Positions 41,657 to 55,188 are shown, numbered from the stretch's first letter. The stretch: DNA of 64,000 nt from Octopus vulgaris (GCA_951406725.2 OX597834.1:29450001-29514000); one strand, 5' to 3'. Notes: generated by a model not told the origin, from the letters alone. Program-made: numbers and translations.

Positions 41657-41870
41657 GTTAGGGCAGTGGACTCACGGTCGGAGGATCGCGGTTTCGATTC
41701 CCGGACTGGGCGTTGTGTGTGTTTATTGAGCGAAAACACCTAAAGCTCCATGAGGCCCCGGCAGGGGTGCTGGCGACCCCTGCTGTACTCTTTCGCCACA
41801 ACTCTCTCTCAATCTTTCTTCTGTTGGCCTGCTCGCTTAGCCAGCGGGGTGGCATCATTTGAAGGCTAAA
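41651..41870 (+). mobile_element. tRNA-headed SINE family C variant
   Basis: TAGTGGTTAGGGC A box, GGTTTCGATTCC B box; 3' GTTGGCCTGCTCGCTTAGCCAGCGGGGTGGCATCATTTGAAGGCTAA shared with 47432-47680. Confidence 0.75.
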
Positions 41871-41895
41871 CATATATTTGTATACCTGCATAAAT

Positions 41896-41930
<35 letters not shown>

Positions 41931-43164
41931 GATAGATAGATACATAGATACATACATACATACATAGAGACAGAAAAACTTTCTTTACTTAAGGTAATAT
42001 ATTTACAAAGGCATTATCTAGCCTAAGTGCCTTTTCTTTTTACAAGATATTAGGGTGCAGTTTAAGGGAGATTTGGCTACTATTTCTGGCAGGTCAAAAG
42101 ACCATGTAGCAACTTGACCTAGTTGGCTCACAATACACATTTAAATGGTCAGCAAAAGGCTGGGAATCAAAGCCATGTCACATATAGTTGCAGATGGTCA
42201 TTGGAAGGCAGGGAGTATATATCTGTGACCATTATAAAACTATTATTTGCAACTGAAATCATAATTATCACAACAGGCAACGAACAAAGATACACAATAA
42301 CACTCATTATCACCGTTGCTGGTGATGGTCAGTGTTGGCTGCACCTTTCAATAAGAAGGCAGATGTTTCGTTTGGGAGTTTGAGACTGAAGCTGGTGTGA
42401 AAATGACTTGATAGAGCAAAGTGGCAGGTAGGAATGGTGGAGATGGAAGCAGTGGTGGTGGTGGTGGTGGTGGTGGTGGTGGTGAAGGTAGATCATATGG
42501 CAGCAACGGCAACAATAACGATTGCTATTTACTATGGCAACCACAGTGAAAGGTGACGAATGAAAAAAAAAACAAAAATCCAAAAGAGACAAACGGAAAG
42601 ATGCTAACAAAGATGTCAAGGCTTCCTCGAGTGATGTATAACTTGATCCCTTTGTAACCTTGCAATGTAACCACCTTGCTACTAATGTTGTTTTAAACTA
42701 CATCAGCTGATGCAGATGATGATGATGATGATGATGATGATACTGGCAGCCGGCCTTCTCACTCACCAATTGGCAAACACAGAGCAACAAAGGAGAGACT
42801 AGTCGTTTCTTGTTAATAGTTGTCACTAGATTTAATTTCTGTCTGTTCAGAGTTTAGAAATAATATTGTTTCTGGCAGCTATCAAAGACACAATGTTAAT
42901 CAACATCTTCATTGAGAAAATGTACTGCTTGGATTTATTGTGCACCATTGCCAGCATTTCTTCCCTCTCCTCCCCCGCATCCAACCTCTAAGAATCTGAA
43001 TGCTACCATTTTCATTGAGTTTGCTTGTTGGATTGCTTATTTCTAACGTCCATTCTTCGATCTTGGAAACTATTGAATCTAGGAACCCAAAGTTTTTTTT
43101 TAGCAATATTGGTGATTCTAATGGTTAAGGTTAGGGTCAGTGTTACCAGCTATATATATATATA

Positions 43165-43404
43165 CGGGAAGGTTTACGAAAATAAACAAAAGATGAAGGC
43201 AGGTGGAGTACAAACAAACAAATGTATTAGTATGGCGCTCAAGAATAGAAATAGAACAAGTCTTTTACGTTTCGAGCCTACGCTCTTCGACAGAAAGATA
43301 CACAGAAAAAAAACAAGGAGAGAAAAAAATGCGTGTAGGAGCTAACGATCTATCATGGTGTTCTGACTTCAGGCAGAGGTCAGAGGTCAGACACTAGAGG
43401 GACA

Positions 43405-43410
<6 letters not shown>
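43165..43410 (-). mobile_element. (TA)n-embedded element with minimal hammerhead motif (variant core)
   Basis: 43261-43298 minus: UCUUU-CUGUCGA-A-GAGC(GUAG)GCUC-GAAA-CG-UA-AAAGA; homologous to 25541-25726; (TA)n on both sides. Confidence 0.7.
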
Positions 43411-43448
<38 letters not shown>

Positions 43449-43756
43449 CATATGTAATACATATATAAAACAGAAAATATCCTGAAGACTTTCATAGTCC
43501 AATAAAATAGAAATATAATTTGAAATGAATTCTTTCTGTTCAGCCTGGTAAAAAATGATTCAAACCCCCTTGCTGGGCAAGACCTGTTTGAATATTTGAG
43601 ATGAAGTATATTTGATGCCTAGGGTTATCAACCTCATCTACAGAGATGAAACATCTATGCTACGTTTCACCCCAGTTGATCTCTGTCATTAGAGGGCCTT
43701 AGCCTGCATAGGTACAAAGCAATAAGCTGGATTTGAACTAGCACCCTTTATTCCTA

Positions 43757-44172
43757 TCATCATCATCATCATCATCATCATCGTTTAACGTCCACTTTCT
43801 GCACTAGCACGGGTTGGACGGTTCGGCCGGGGTCTGGGAAGCCAGGGGCTACACCAGGCTCCAGTCTGATCTGGCAGTGTTTCTACAGCTGGATGCCCTT
43901 CCTAACGCCAACCACTCCTGCGAGTGTAGTGGGTGCTTTTTACGTGCCACCTGCACAGGTGCCAGGGGGGTCTGGCATCGGCCATGATCGGTTGGTGCTT
44001 TTAACGTGCCAACCAAGGCGGCGCTGGCATCGGCCATGTTCGGATGGTGCTTTTTATGTGCCACCGGCACAGAAGCCAGTCGAGGCGGTGCTGGCATCGA
44101 CCATGTTCGGATGGTGCTTTTTATGTGCCACCGGCACAGAAGCCAGTCAAGGCAGTGCTGGCATCGGCCACG
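43757..44172 (-). mobile_element. Retroposon family E with 67-bp internal tandem units
   Basis: (CAT)n tail at left; units start at 44026, 44093 and 44160. Confidence 0.85.
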
Positions 44173-44654
44173 TAGATTTATTACATAGGCACAAGGCATC
44201 AAAATTTTTGATGAGAAAAGGCTAAAGTCAATCAGATCAAATTCAGTATTTCACTGATACTCATTTTATTTACCTTGAAAAAAAATAAATAAAAAAGGGA
44301 AATGAAAGGCAAAAGTCAACCTCTGTGGGATTCAGACTCTGAAAGTAAAAAAATATTTTGAAAAATGTTTCATCTCCAAAGATGAAATAAATTAACAATC
44401 AAGAAAATTGTAATTGTATTAGTGTTTTTGTTGCTTTTTTTTAACGAAAATTTTGTTTTATCTTTTGCAAGTTATTTTTGATATTAGATATGTGGTCCAA
44501 CTATATTTAATATGTCAAATACTGGGTGAGTTATGGGTCATACATCATACCAAAAAAAAAAAAAAAACGGAATCAATTTTTTATGAAGAATGAAATGTAA
44601 TAAAAATGTTGACAGACACATTCATAGCAACGGAATTTCTTTCCATGATATTAG

Positions 44655-45060
44655 TAGCAGCTCTGGTAACAGTTGTTATTTCTGGTGGCTCTGCTAGTTA
44701 TTTATGGCTGTAATAGTTGATATTGATGGCTGCAATGGTTAGTATTGATGTCTGTATTAGTTATTGGTAGCTCTAGTAGTTACTGGTGACTATAATGTAA
44801 ATATCAGTAGTTCCAGTAGTTGCTGGTAGCTATAATGGTCAGTGTTTGGTTAGTAGAGTAGTTGGTGTTTATAGACACCGTTAATACCTATCAGTTTGTA
44901 TCAGTGGTTATAATATTTAATATCAGTAGCTCTAGTAGTTATTGGTAGCGATTATAGTCAGTGCTGGTTACAATAGTGGTTGGTACTTACGATGGTTTGT
45001 ATTAATGGCTATAGAAGTTATCGATAGCTATATTTACTGTAAGTAGCTACAGTTATGATT
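44655..45060. repeat. Degenerate minisatellite (about 18-21-bp units)
   Basis: Recurrent GTAGCTCTAGTAGTTAYTGG and GCTATAATGGT motifs. Confidence 0.55.
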
Positions 45061-45119
45061 GCTGAATAGCCCTAGGTCGACCCTGATTGAGCAGATCTAT
45101 GATTACAGGAACTGCAATC

Positions 45120-45260
45120 TTAACTGGTACTTTGTTCTACTGACCCTGAAAGAATAAAATTCAAAGCTGATCTCAGCAGTATTTGAACTCAGAACGTAAA
45201 GGACTGGAGGAAATGCTGCTATGCATTTTGTCCAACATGCTAACCGTTCTGCCAGCTCAC
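45120..45260 (-). mobile_element. SINE family B, diverged 5' part
   Basis: ATTTGAACTCAGAACGTAAA...TTCTGCCAGCTCAC. Confidence 0.7.
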
Positions 45261-46425
45261 TGCTTTGACATATCATCATCACCATTGTCATCATCATCTA
45301 ACATCTGTTTTCCATGCTGGCATGGTAAGTAAACATAATAGCTAATAGTAGATACTAAAACACTAACCTTAGGTATGCAGATAATAGTGAGTACTACAAT
45401 ATAGTATAACAACAATAAAGCCCACATTTTTAAAAGAAAAATGTCTCTGAACCATTAAGTTATTGCTTTAATGCACTAAAATCTTTTTTTATGGATTTGC
45501 CAAAATTGAAATGCATCAAATAAGCCTGTGTATCATTTATACCATTAAATACTAAAACGCTGAAGTCGTATCTAGATATGAATTAGTTGAACAAAATACG
45601 TTAAAAATAGTATCACGTAAGTAAAGATAATCGTTAGTAATATAACATATACTGAAATACTGGCCACATATGTAGATAGCAATGCAAAATATATTCTGTC
45701 ACGAACTGACCCCACAGGGAGAGAAAAATTCACTTTTTCATTCATTGGTTAACGTTTTGGTTAGGACCAGGTTCAATATTTCTTCTGATTGTATAATGAA
45801 ATGGGTGGGGGAAGGGAGATACTGAAGGTAGCACTAGTTGTGGATTATAGCTGCTCTAATCCAGATCAGATTCTCATTATTCTGGATCAGAGATAATGGA
45901 GAGAATTAGGAGAGCTTCCTTACTGTATGGCATGATGGCAAGATCTGAGAAGGTTGGATTACTTCTCGCTTAAAATCCCTTATTATCTTTCACACACACA
46001 CACATACACAAACACACATGCTCACTCATTATATATATTATATACATACATATATACACATACGTATACATACATATATATCCATATATATATATATATA
46101 TGGATATAGATGCATACAGCTAAATAAAGTTGAGCAAATGTAATGTTTTAAACACATGCACACATACTTCCACACATTTGGTTATCCAATATCCATGTGT
46201 GTGTGTATATATATATAAATACATGTCCATCAATATGAGTGTATATGCTTGTGTCAGTTTTATATACACATATAATATACGTATATGCATACATACATAT
46301 AGATACATACATGTATGTGTGTGTGTGTGTGTGTGCAAAAGCAAATTACAGGCAAAATGAAGCCATAGGCAAACACAAAGAAGTAAATGAAGTTCAGCAT
46401 GTTGTGTTGTGTAAAAAGGAAGAGA

Positions 46426-46462
46426 TACTGACGTTTCGGACCAATAGTCTTTTGTCAAAGCA
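46426..46462 (-). ncRNA. Decayed minimal hammerhead motif
   Basis: Minus strand: UGCU-UUGACAA-A-AGAC(UAUUG)GUCC-GAAA-CG-UC-AGUA; the first box differs from CUGACGA by two transitions. Confidence 0.45.
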
Positions 46463-46838
46463 GATGATAAAAAAGAGGGTGTATATATATGTGTGTGTGT
46501 GTGTGTATCAATTAAAGAAAGAGGTAAAGAAAACCAAGGCTGGACAACCTTATCGGATCATTTAAATCATTTTAATCATTACAGTGGTGAATCGAATTAA
46601 TCAAAAGCAAACAATTATAAAACATAAACGAAGACACAAACACACATTCCTGCCTCTCGCATAACAAATGCCTGAGGAACATACATGTGTCTTCGTTTGT
46701 GTGACTTGGCATATCAATCCCACCCCCCTGATATAGATACATAAAACGCATTACAGCATCATTATCAATTATCACGTAAACGCTCTGAATATGGAAGGAT
46801 GTTTTTGTTGAAATGCATGCAAGACAACTCACTGTTAT

Positions 46839-46869
<31 letters not shown>

Positions 46870-46891
46870 CACACACACACACCTATCCATA

Positions 46892-47116
46892 CAGCTGGCA
46901 GAAACGTTAGTACGCCGGGCGAAATGTGTAGCCGTATTTCGTCTGTCGTTAGGTTCCGAGTTCAAATTCCGCCGAGGTCAACTTTGCCTTTCATCCTTTC
47001 GGGGTTGATAAATTAAGTACCAGTTGCGCACTGGGGTCGATGTAATCGACTTAATCCGTTTGTCTGTCATTGTTTGTCCCCTCTGTGTTTAACCCCTTGT
47101 GGGTAGTAAAGAAATA
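46892..47116 (+). mobile_element. SINE family B with TSD
   Basis: Full body; TATCCATACAG / TATCCGTACAG flanks. Confidence 0.9.
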
Positions 47117-47431
47117 TATCCGTACAGAATTTTTTTTTAAGTGACCCCAACCCTTGGTAAATACCTGTAGGAGACACCTTCACTAATGAATACGGTGTGT
47201 ACCAAACATTTGTGAGACTAACAAAGCACTTTAAAATGAAATCACTCCTTTATGGGACACTTTGTGCACATACACACTCATAGGCATTAAGAACTATCAA
47301 CTCACTTATTTTATAAATGACAGTGGTTGAGTATTTCTCAGAGACTTGTACCATTCATGTAATCCTCACGGATTATGCAACAAAGGTAACAAACCTGTCA
47401 TTTTTGAATTACAATTGTATTTCATGTGTGA

Positions 47432-47680
47432 AGATGCGTGACCTAGTGGTTAGGCTGCTGCACTCATGATTGCTTGATTGTAGGTTCAATTCCTTGCAAT
47501 GCTCTTGAGCAAAACCTTTCATTTCACATTGTCCTGGTCCCCCCTTTCAATCAGTGGGGAATGTTAGCCTGTTTGCTTAGCTAGCAGAGGGGTGTCATTT
47601 GAAGGCTAACACAAAGCAAAATGCATTGTGACTAGTGATGTGTAACAACATTTGATAGCCTGGTTGGTCACGTGATCACG
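47432..47680 (+). mobile_element. tRNA-headed SINE family C
   Basis: CTAGTGGTTAGG A box, GGTTCAATTCC B box, CTTGAGCAA, ends GGTCACGTGATCACGTGA. Confidence 0.75.
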
Positions 47681-47825
47681 TGATTTCTTTTGATGAGCTA
47701 TCAGGCATTTCACTCTGAAGACTTGAGTTGACTCAAGGCTGTACTGTGGGACTGATCCTGGTATCTTGAGACTGAATGGTAAAAGTCTCAGTGACTGAGC
47801 CAGTCTTGTCATCTTCTGATTTCAG

Positions 47826-47871
<46 letters not shown>

Positions 47872-47996
47872 ATGCAAGTATGCAAGCACACGCATTCTTG
47901 CCAGCATACATAAAGTGGATTCGTTACTGCCATTACTTATAGCATACACGTACAAAAAGACGCACACCTACACACACACACATGCACACACATACA

Positions 47997-48033
<37 letters not shown>

Positions 48034-48397
48034 ACAGACTTATACACAAGGTAACATTACATACACCGCAGACAAACATATACAAGTGTTCGCACACACA
48101 CACACACATTTATACAGACAGTAAAACTAGATACAACACACACACACAAATGCTCATAAACAGATGCACAAATACACACACACACACACACACACACACA
48201 CCGACATACATATACTGTTGTAAAAAGGAATTTGAGATGATGACAGCTTAATGAGTAGAAGAAATCACAGCCATACACACAAACGCTTATACACACATAT
48301 ACACACAACACACACCAACATGCACGCAGACACACACACACAGATTTCTCTAGAAGATGGCCCATGACAGTTAAATGAACAAAGATGAACAGAGTCT

Positions 48398-48439
<42 letters not shown>

Positions 48440-48677
48440 CGTATGTGAAGCTCGCATTGACACACTGACACACGCACATTTTAAGTAGCAATGAAAGAAA
48501 TACGCTCCTCGTCTATGCGTGAATGAATGTGTGTGTACATTCATCCGCACAGACACAAAGTCAGGCGACACACACCCACATATGTGCTTATTTATACACA
48601 TACACACACATACAGTTACGCATTAATGCGGGGATCTAACATGCACACATGATCTCACATTAACACATATATTGCTT

Positions 48678-48734
<57 letters not shown>

Positions 48735-48797
48735 AACACACCTACTATATCTATTTTAATGTTTTCTCTCTCTCTCTCTTTCTCTCTCCCTCCCTCC

Positions 48798-48876
<79 letters not shown>

Positions 48877-48890
48877 CTCCTCTCTCTCTT

Positions 48891-48970
<80 letters not shown>

Positions 48971-50142
48971 CCCATCTTTTCTCTGTGCATCTCTATCGCT
49001 GTCTCTTTCTCTTATACACATATACACAATCTTTTACACATTACTTCAACAGAATCCTGAATGCACATACACACACACACACACATACACACACACACAC
49101 ACACACACATACACACACACACACACAAGCACATGCACAAGCACATACAAACATTTGCAGGGTAAGGAGTTTTTGTTGGTTTTTTTTTTTTGTGACAGTT
49201 GAATGAGCAAAAGATACATTAAAACAATGATCTGCAAGTCCTTCCTCCCCCCCAGTCCCACAGCTTACCCTCCGCCAACTTAAAAACAAAAAAAAAAAGA
49301 ACCACCAACCTTGCCCGCCCGCCTTCCCATTACGTACCCCTTCCCACCCTGCTTCTATTCTAACAGAGACAGACAGACAGACAGAGGTAGGCTCAAATCT
49401 TGGGATGGACAAAGTGACAGACATCTTTCAACAATAGGCAGGGTTATTACCCACATTTGATCTCTCAACCCCAAACCCCCCACACATCAACACCCTTTCC
49501 ATTCTAACGGCACCACCACCTCCAACGACATTCTCCGACGACGGAAGAAGGACCGAGGAGAAGGAAGAGGCAAGATGTGGGAGGAGAGGTTATGGGAAGA
49601 GAAGGAGAAGAAAGAAAGAAAACTCAACATTAATAGAGTTGATGTCTCACCTCTGCCTCCCACCCACAAGCCTCACATGCACCGGACAAGCCCTCAGCCT
49701 CAGCCTCACCCTCACCCCATCTACACCTATCACTGCGGCAATGAAGAAAGCACCGCCTGCCCGCCTGCCCGTCCTGCTCCGACCCTCTCCCCTCTCTGTC
49801 CCTTATCCTACAATCAGGTGTCTTATTTCATAGCATTGTTGTGTTGCTGCTGCAATTCTTCATCATCATCATCATCATCCTCATCATCATCACCACCACC
49901 ATCATCATCATCGTTGTTGTTGGCGTCACTGTCAGCATCATCACCACCTTCATCATCCTCACTATTGTCGTCATTGTGACCATCAACCTTATTTTCATCA
50001 TCATCATCATCATCTTCGTTATCATTATCATTGTCATCACCATCATCATCATCATCCACATCATCATCCAAATCACCGTCTTTATTACCAGCCTCCTGAC
50101 CACTATCTTTATCACTACCACCACCATCATTATCCTCATTAC

Positions 50143-50178
<36 letters not shown>

Positions 50179-51015
50179 AATCACCATCATCATCATCATC
50201 ATCATCATCATCACCCTTACTACAACCACCACCACCATCTCCAGCATCATCCTTACCATCCTCTCCACCTTGTCACCTTCATCATCATCACCACCACCAT
50301 CATCATCATCATTACCATGTTCCATCCACATCACTACTATCTACATAATCACCATTGTCTCCATTTTCTTGTAATTTGCAATAAAGAATAAGAGACAAAC
50401 AGACAGACAGACAGAGTCTAGCTGAAATCCTGAGGTGGAAGAGCCCCTTGCAACATCCAACAGGGTTATTAACTCCCATTTGTTTTCTCAGACACAAACC
50501 ACTTAGAATCTACCTTCACCATCTTAAAAAAAAAAGCCAAAGTGGGTAGCCTCTGCATGGCCACACAACTTGCTAGAAATGGACATCAAATGTTCTCAGA
50601 TCATTCCATAACTGACTTTGAAAAATGAAGGGCAAATTCACTGATATAATTTGAGGTATACAAAGAGACTGGATGGTCGTTTGTGGAATGTTTGTGGCTA
50701 TAAGTCAACTTGATCAGGAAAGACTTGGAGAAGGAAGTGCAGAACAACAACGTGAACAACATCGATCAATGGATTTGATGTTCTCTCGGCCAGCAATCAC
50801 ATGACCTGTTACTGAGCTTAGATGGGTGGAGTGGTCATTTGGATCCACACTCAAAATGCCTCTGTTATTTATTTTATAGACTTTGTAGAGACACAGAGAA
50901 GGATTTGAACTCACTGTATTGGATTTAGTCTGATTCGCTCTCCTCAATTGAGGTATCCTTTCAACTGCACTTATTATGATGATGATGATGATGACGATCA
51001 TGATAATGATTTCAA

Positions 51016-51065
<50 letters not shown>

Positions 51066-51190
51066 AAGAAGAAGAAGAAGAAGAAGAAGAAGAAGAAGAA
51101 GAAAGGAGGAGAAGAAGAAAGGAGAAGGAGGAGGAGGAGAGGAGGAGGAGGAGAAGAAGAAGAAGAAAAAAGGAGGAGGAGGGGAGGAGG

Positions 51191-51223
<33 letters not shown>

Positions 51224-51257
51224 AGAAGAAGAAGAAGAAGAAGAAGAAAAGAAGAAG

Positions 51258-51288
<31 letters not shown>

Positions 51289-52534
51289 GGGTGACCATGG
51301 ATGGAACGCCATTTTTCAAAGGTCTGCTCAATCACGGTTTACCCAGTGCTAAACAATAACATCTATTAAGGGAGCAGCTATGTAGGTTCTTAAGCTGCTG
51401 GAAATAGCAGTCAAACTTTATAGTAAAACCTTACAATAAACGGAAGGACAAATTGAATAATCTAGAGCTAGATAAACATAAACATGGGTGAAAACATTTG
51501 ATCACAAATCTGTGTAATCAAAGCTGAGCTGGAACAACAGTAACTGCAACAACAACAACAACAGTTGGCATCGGTAGTAGTAGTAAGAGTAGTGATAGTG
51601 ATGGTGGTAGCAGAGGCTACATCACCTTCATTATCATCATCATCACTTTCATACGTAACTCTGTTGTGCATCTGTTCATATGTGTGCATTTATACACATT
51701 TATACACACATGCATACACAGATATATATGTATATATGAATATGTATATATATATATATATATAAATATATATATGTATATGTGTATATATATATATGTA
51801 TATATATGTGTGTGTTTGTGTGTGTCTATGTAGGTATATATATATACCTACATACAAGTACATGTATATTTATACAGTATATATGTATATACATGTGTAT
51901 ATATACACACACACATACATATATATGTATACACATCCACGCATATACACACACAAACATACATATATACACATATATATATATATATATATATATGTAT
52001 ATGAAATTACAAAAATTAATTGTTTTACTAATCCCTTTATATCCCTTAATTCCATCTTGATCATACAAGGTGACAAGCAAGGCAGAAAGGGTTAGAGCAT
52101 GGTTGACAGGGAGAAGTGGGGATGGTGTGTCTTGTAGTTGGACAATTAATTAAGGGCTGTTGGTCCAGTCGCTGGGAAAGTTGCATGTGTGGGGGTGGGG
52201 GTGGGATGAGCGAGGAAGGACATGGTATGCACAATGAGTGTTGTTGCTGTTGTTGTCAGTGTGGTTATCGCCGTCATCGTGGCCATTGTCATCATCATTG
52301 TCATCATTGTCATCGTCGTTATCGTCATTGTTGTAGCATGTATTCGGAAAATAACCACCTATTTACCTGCGCAGTCATTTGCTCACCTAATCACTGTTCC
52401 TACACCAATGTTGTGTATACAAACATACATACACACATATGTGCAAATGCTCCTATGTCAACAAATATGTAGACTTGTGTATATAGTACTCAAATACCAA
52501 AGGTAGAGTAATATACGTTTTTATTAAAGCTCCG

Positions 52535-52660
52535 AAATTATCACAGAGCTGTTTCTCAAAGTTTCACATTCCCATTTGTTGGACAGCTGTGATGAAAAGA
52601 ACTCACAATTGTCCGATGAATGGGAACATGGAACTCACAGCAACAGTTCTGTGATAATTT
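52535..52660. repeat. 58-bp imperfect inverted repeat, each arm a decayed hammerhead motif
   Basis: Arms 52535-52592 and 52603-52660 match 45/58; right arm reads UGU-CCGAUGA-AUG(GGAA)CAU-GGAA-CUCACAG-CA-ACA. Confidence 0.6.
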
Positions 52661-52681
52661 GGCAACTTGTACATATATATC

Positions 52682-52912
52682 TATTTCTTTACTACCCACA
52701 AGGGGTTAAACATAGAGGGGACAAACAAGGATAGACAAACGGATCAAGTTGATTATATCGATCCCAGTGCGCAACTGGTACTTAATTTATCGACCCCGAA
52801 AGGATGAAAGGCAAAGTCGACCTCGGCGGAATTTGAACTCGGAACGTAACGGCAGATGAAAAATGGCTATGCATTTCACCCGGTGTGCTAATGTGTCTGC
52901 CAGCTTGCCACC
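52682..52912 (-). mobile_element. SINE family B with 15-bp TSD that also encloses the adjacent minisatellite
   Basis: TTGTACATATATATC at 52667-52681 and 53203-53217. Confidence 0.9.
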
Positions 52913-53204
52913 TTGTGCCAGCTCGCCACCTTGTGCCAGCTTGCTGCCTTGTGACAGCTTGCCGCCTTGTGCCAGCTTGCTGCCTTGTGCCAGCTTGCTG
53001 CCTTGTGCCAGCTCGCCGCCTTGTGCCAACTCGCTGCCTTGTGTCAGCTTGCCACCTTGTGCCAGCTCGCCGCCTTGTGCCAGCTTGCTGCCTTGTGCCA
53101 GCTTGCCGCTTTGTGCCAGCTCGCCGCATTGTGCCAGCTCGACACCTTGTGCCAGCTTTCCACCTTGTGCCAGCTTTCTGCCTTGTGCCAGCTCGCCCCC
53201 TGTT
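52899..53204. repeat. 18-bp minisatellite, 17 units (GCCAGCTCGCCGCCTTGT)
   Basis: Units counted directly at an 18-bp period. Confidence 0.95.
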
Positions 53205-53217
53205 GTACATATATATC

Positions 53218-53545
53218 ATCATCACCATCCTCATCATTTTAACGTCTGTGTTCCATGCTGGCATGGGTGAGACAGTTTGACAGGAACCAATGTATCCAAA
53301 GACTGCATTGTGCTCCAATATCGGTTTTGGCAGGGTTTTTACTCCTGGATGCCATTCCTAACATCAAACACTTTACAGAATGGACTGGGTGCCTTTTTAT
53401 TTTCTCATGCCACCTGCACTGCAGAGCTTGCCATGCAGCTCATAGAATACAAACCCTGTGGGAGGGGTACCAGCTTCATGCTAGGGGATGAAGGGATTGA
53501 ACTATGAGAAGAGAAAGGGGGTCAGCAGAGCAAGTTCTACAAGAA
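53218..53545 (-). mobile_element. Retroposon family E, diverged
   Basis: TTTAACGTCTGTGTTCCATGCTGGCATGGG...CTGGATGCCATTCCTAAC; colinear with 5622-5930. Confidence 0.7.
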
Positions 53546-53690
53546 GATGTATACAGAGCAGCTGATGAAGGGAGCTAAACAAGCTAAGAGTGGGACAAGA
53601 GAAGGGAGTCAGACATCAGAGTGGAAAACAATGAGGGTCATGAAGGAGAAACATTTGAGGAGAGAATTTGGAAAGCTAAAGCTTATAACA

Positions 53691-53916
53691 TATTTCTTTA
53701 CTACCCACAAGGGACTAACCACAGAGAGGACAAACAAGGACAGACAAAGGGATTAAGTCGATTACATCAACTCCAGTGCCTAACTGGTACTTAATTTATC
53801 GACCTCGAAAGGATGAAAGGCAAAGTCGACCACGGCGGAATTTGAACTCAGAACATAACGGCAGACAAAATACGGCTACGCATTTCGCCCAGCGTGCTAA
53901 CGATTCTGCCAGCTCA
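53691..53916 (-). mobile_element. SINE family B
   Basis: Reverse complement of family B. Confidence 0.9.
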
Positions 53917-54094
53917 TAATAACAAACTGTTACATACTGGACCCCTTGTCTGTCCGTTGCTAAGTATACAAACTGTGCAGAAAGTCTAAGGAACAATGGG
54001 ATTATATACGGCAGGGGATGGGGGAGACAGACAGAGTGTGTGGTTGGTACACAATAAACATAAAAGTGCAAAACAAGGCCTTAACAACCTAATG

Positions 54095-54156
<62 letters not shown>

Positions 54157-54211
54157 AAAATAGAGAGAGTGTTGATGTATGATAATGTGTAAGAGTTTTA
54201 TTTATTTTCTA

Positions 54212-54370
54212 AATACACACACACATACACACACACACACGTATAGATACAAGCACACACACATATATATATATATTTACATACATATTTATACACTTAG
54301 GTACACACACACATCTACATACATCCATATTCATACATGTGCACACGTGTATTTCTGTCTGTATATTTGT

Positions 54371-54412
<42 letters not shown>

Positions 54413-54597
54413 ACACACACATATATATACATATATATATACATACATATTTATACACTTAGGTACACACACACATCTACATACATCCATATTCATACAT
54501 ATGCACACATGTATTTCTGTCTGTATATTTGTTTTTTTACACACACATACACACACACACATACACACACACACACACACACATACACACACACATT
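54212..54597. repeat. 162-bp-period tandem duplication within (CA/TA)n
   Basis: TTAGGTACACAC...TATTTCTGTCTGTATATTTG at 54297 and 54459. Confidence 0.85.
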
Positions 54598-54922
54598 CTT
54601 ATTTTCAGCATTTGCTTTCCTATATTCCACATAGATGTCAAGGTGGTGGTACCATGAAGATCAGCTTCCATATTTATTGGTTACGATTGTATAGTTAGTT
54701 TATGGAGCAAAATATTTTTTTTTTTGTCATCTTTGGTGGGAAATAGGAGTTTTGTTGTGTAAATTTTATTTTTTATTTTATTTTATTTGCTGATCATTAT
54801 TATTTTTCTTGTTTGCTTCTCAACACATTTTCTATGTATTCATGGAGGTTTTTTTTTTTTTTCTGTTTTATTATTCTGCCACCGAGTCATTCCAATTTAG
54901 TCTATTGTCATTCACGTATATG

Positions 54923-54953
<31 letters not shown>

Positions 54954-55152
54954 ATGTGTATACGTGTGTATTCCTATATGTTCACATATCTATACCTGTC
55001 CACTTTTGTATGTGTGTGCATATATAAATATATATGTGTGTATATATATACATATATATATATATATATCATATATATATGTATATATATATATATATAA
55101 TATGTACACTAACATATATATATATATATGCACATATATGTATATGTATATA

Positions 55153-55188
<36 letters not shown>

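Noticed and set aside
45854-45892. Hairpin CTCTAATCCAGA...TCTGGATCAGAG
   Set aside because: The stem of about 12 bp is too short for a pre-miRNA.
46623-46702. Imperfect inverted repeat of about 28 bp (AAACGAAGACACA / TGTGTCTTCGTTT)
   Set aside because: Real but short and gapped, with no TSD or ribozyme core that I can support.
49157-49170. Splice-donor-like CAGG/GTAAGG
   Set aside because: An isolated motif downstream of (CA)n; no acceptor or reading frame defines an exon.
52782-53318. Repetitive ORFs (AGTRQQ / CASLLP) and a CRISPR-like appearance
   Set aside because: A contiguous 18-bp tandem derived from a SINE end; no spacers, no cas genes; frames are open only because 18 is divisible by 3.
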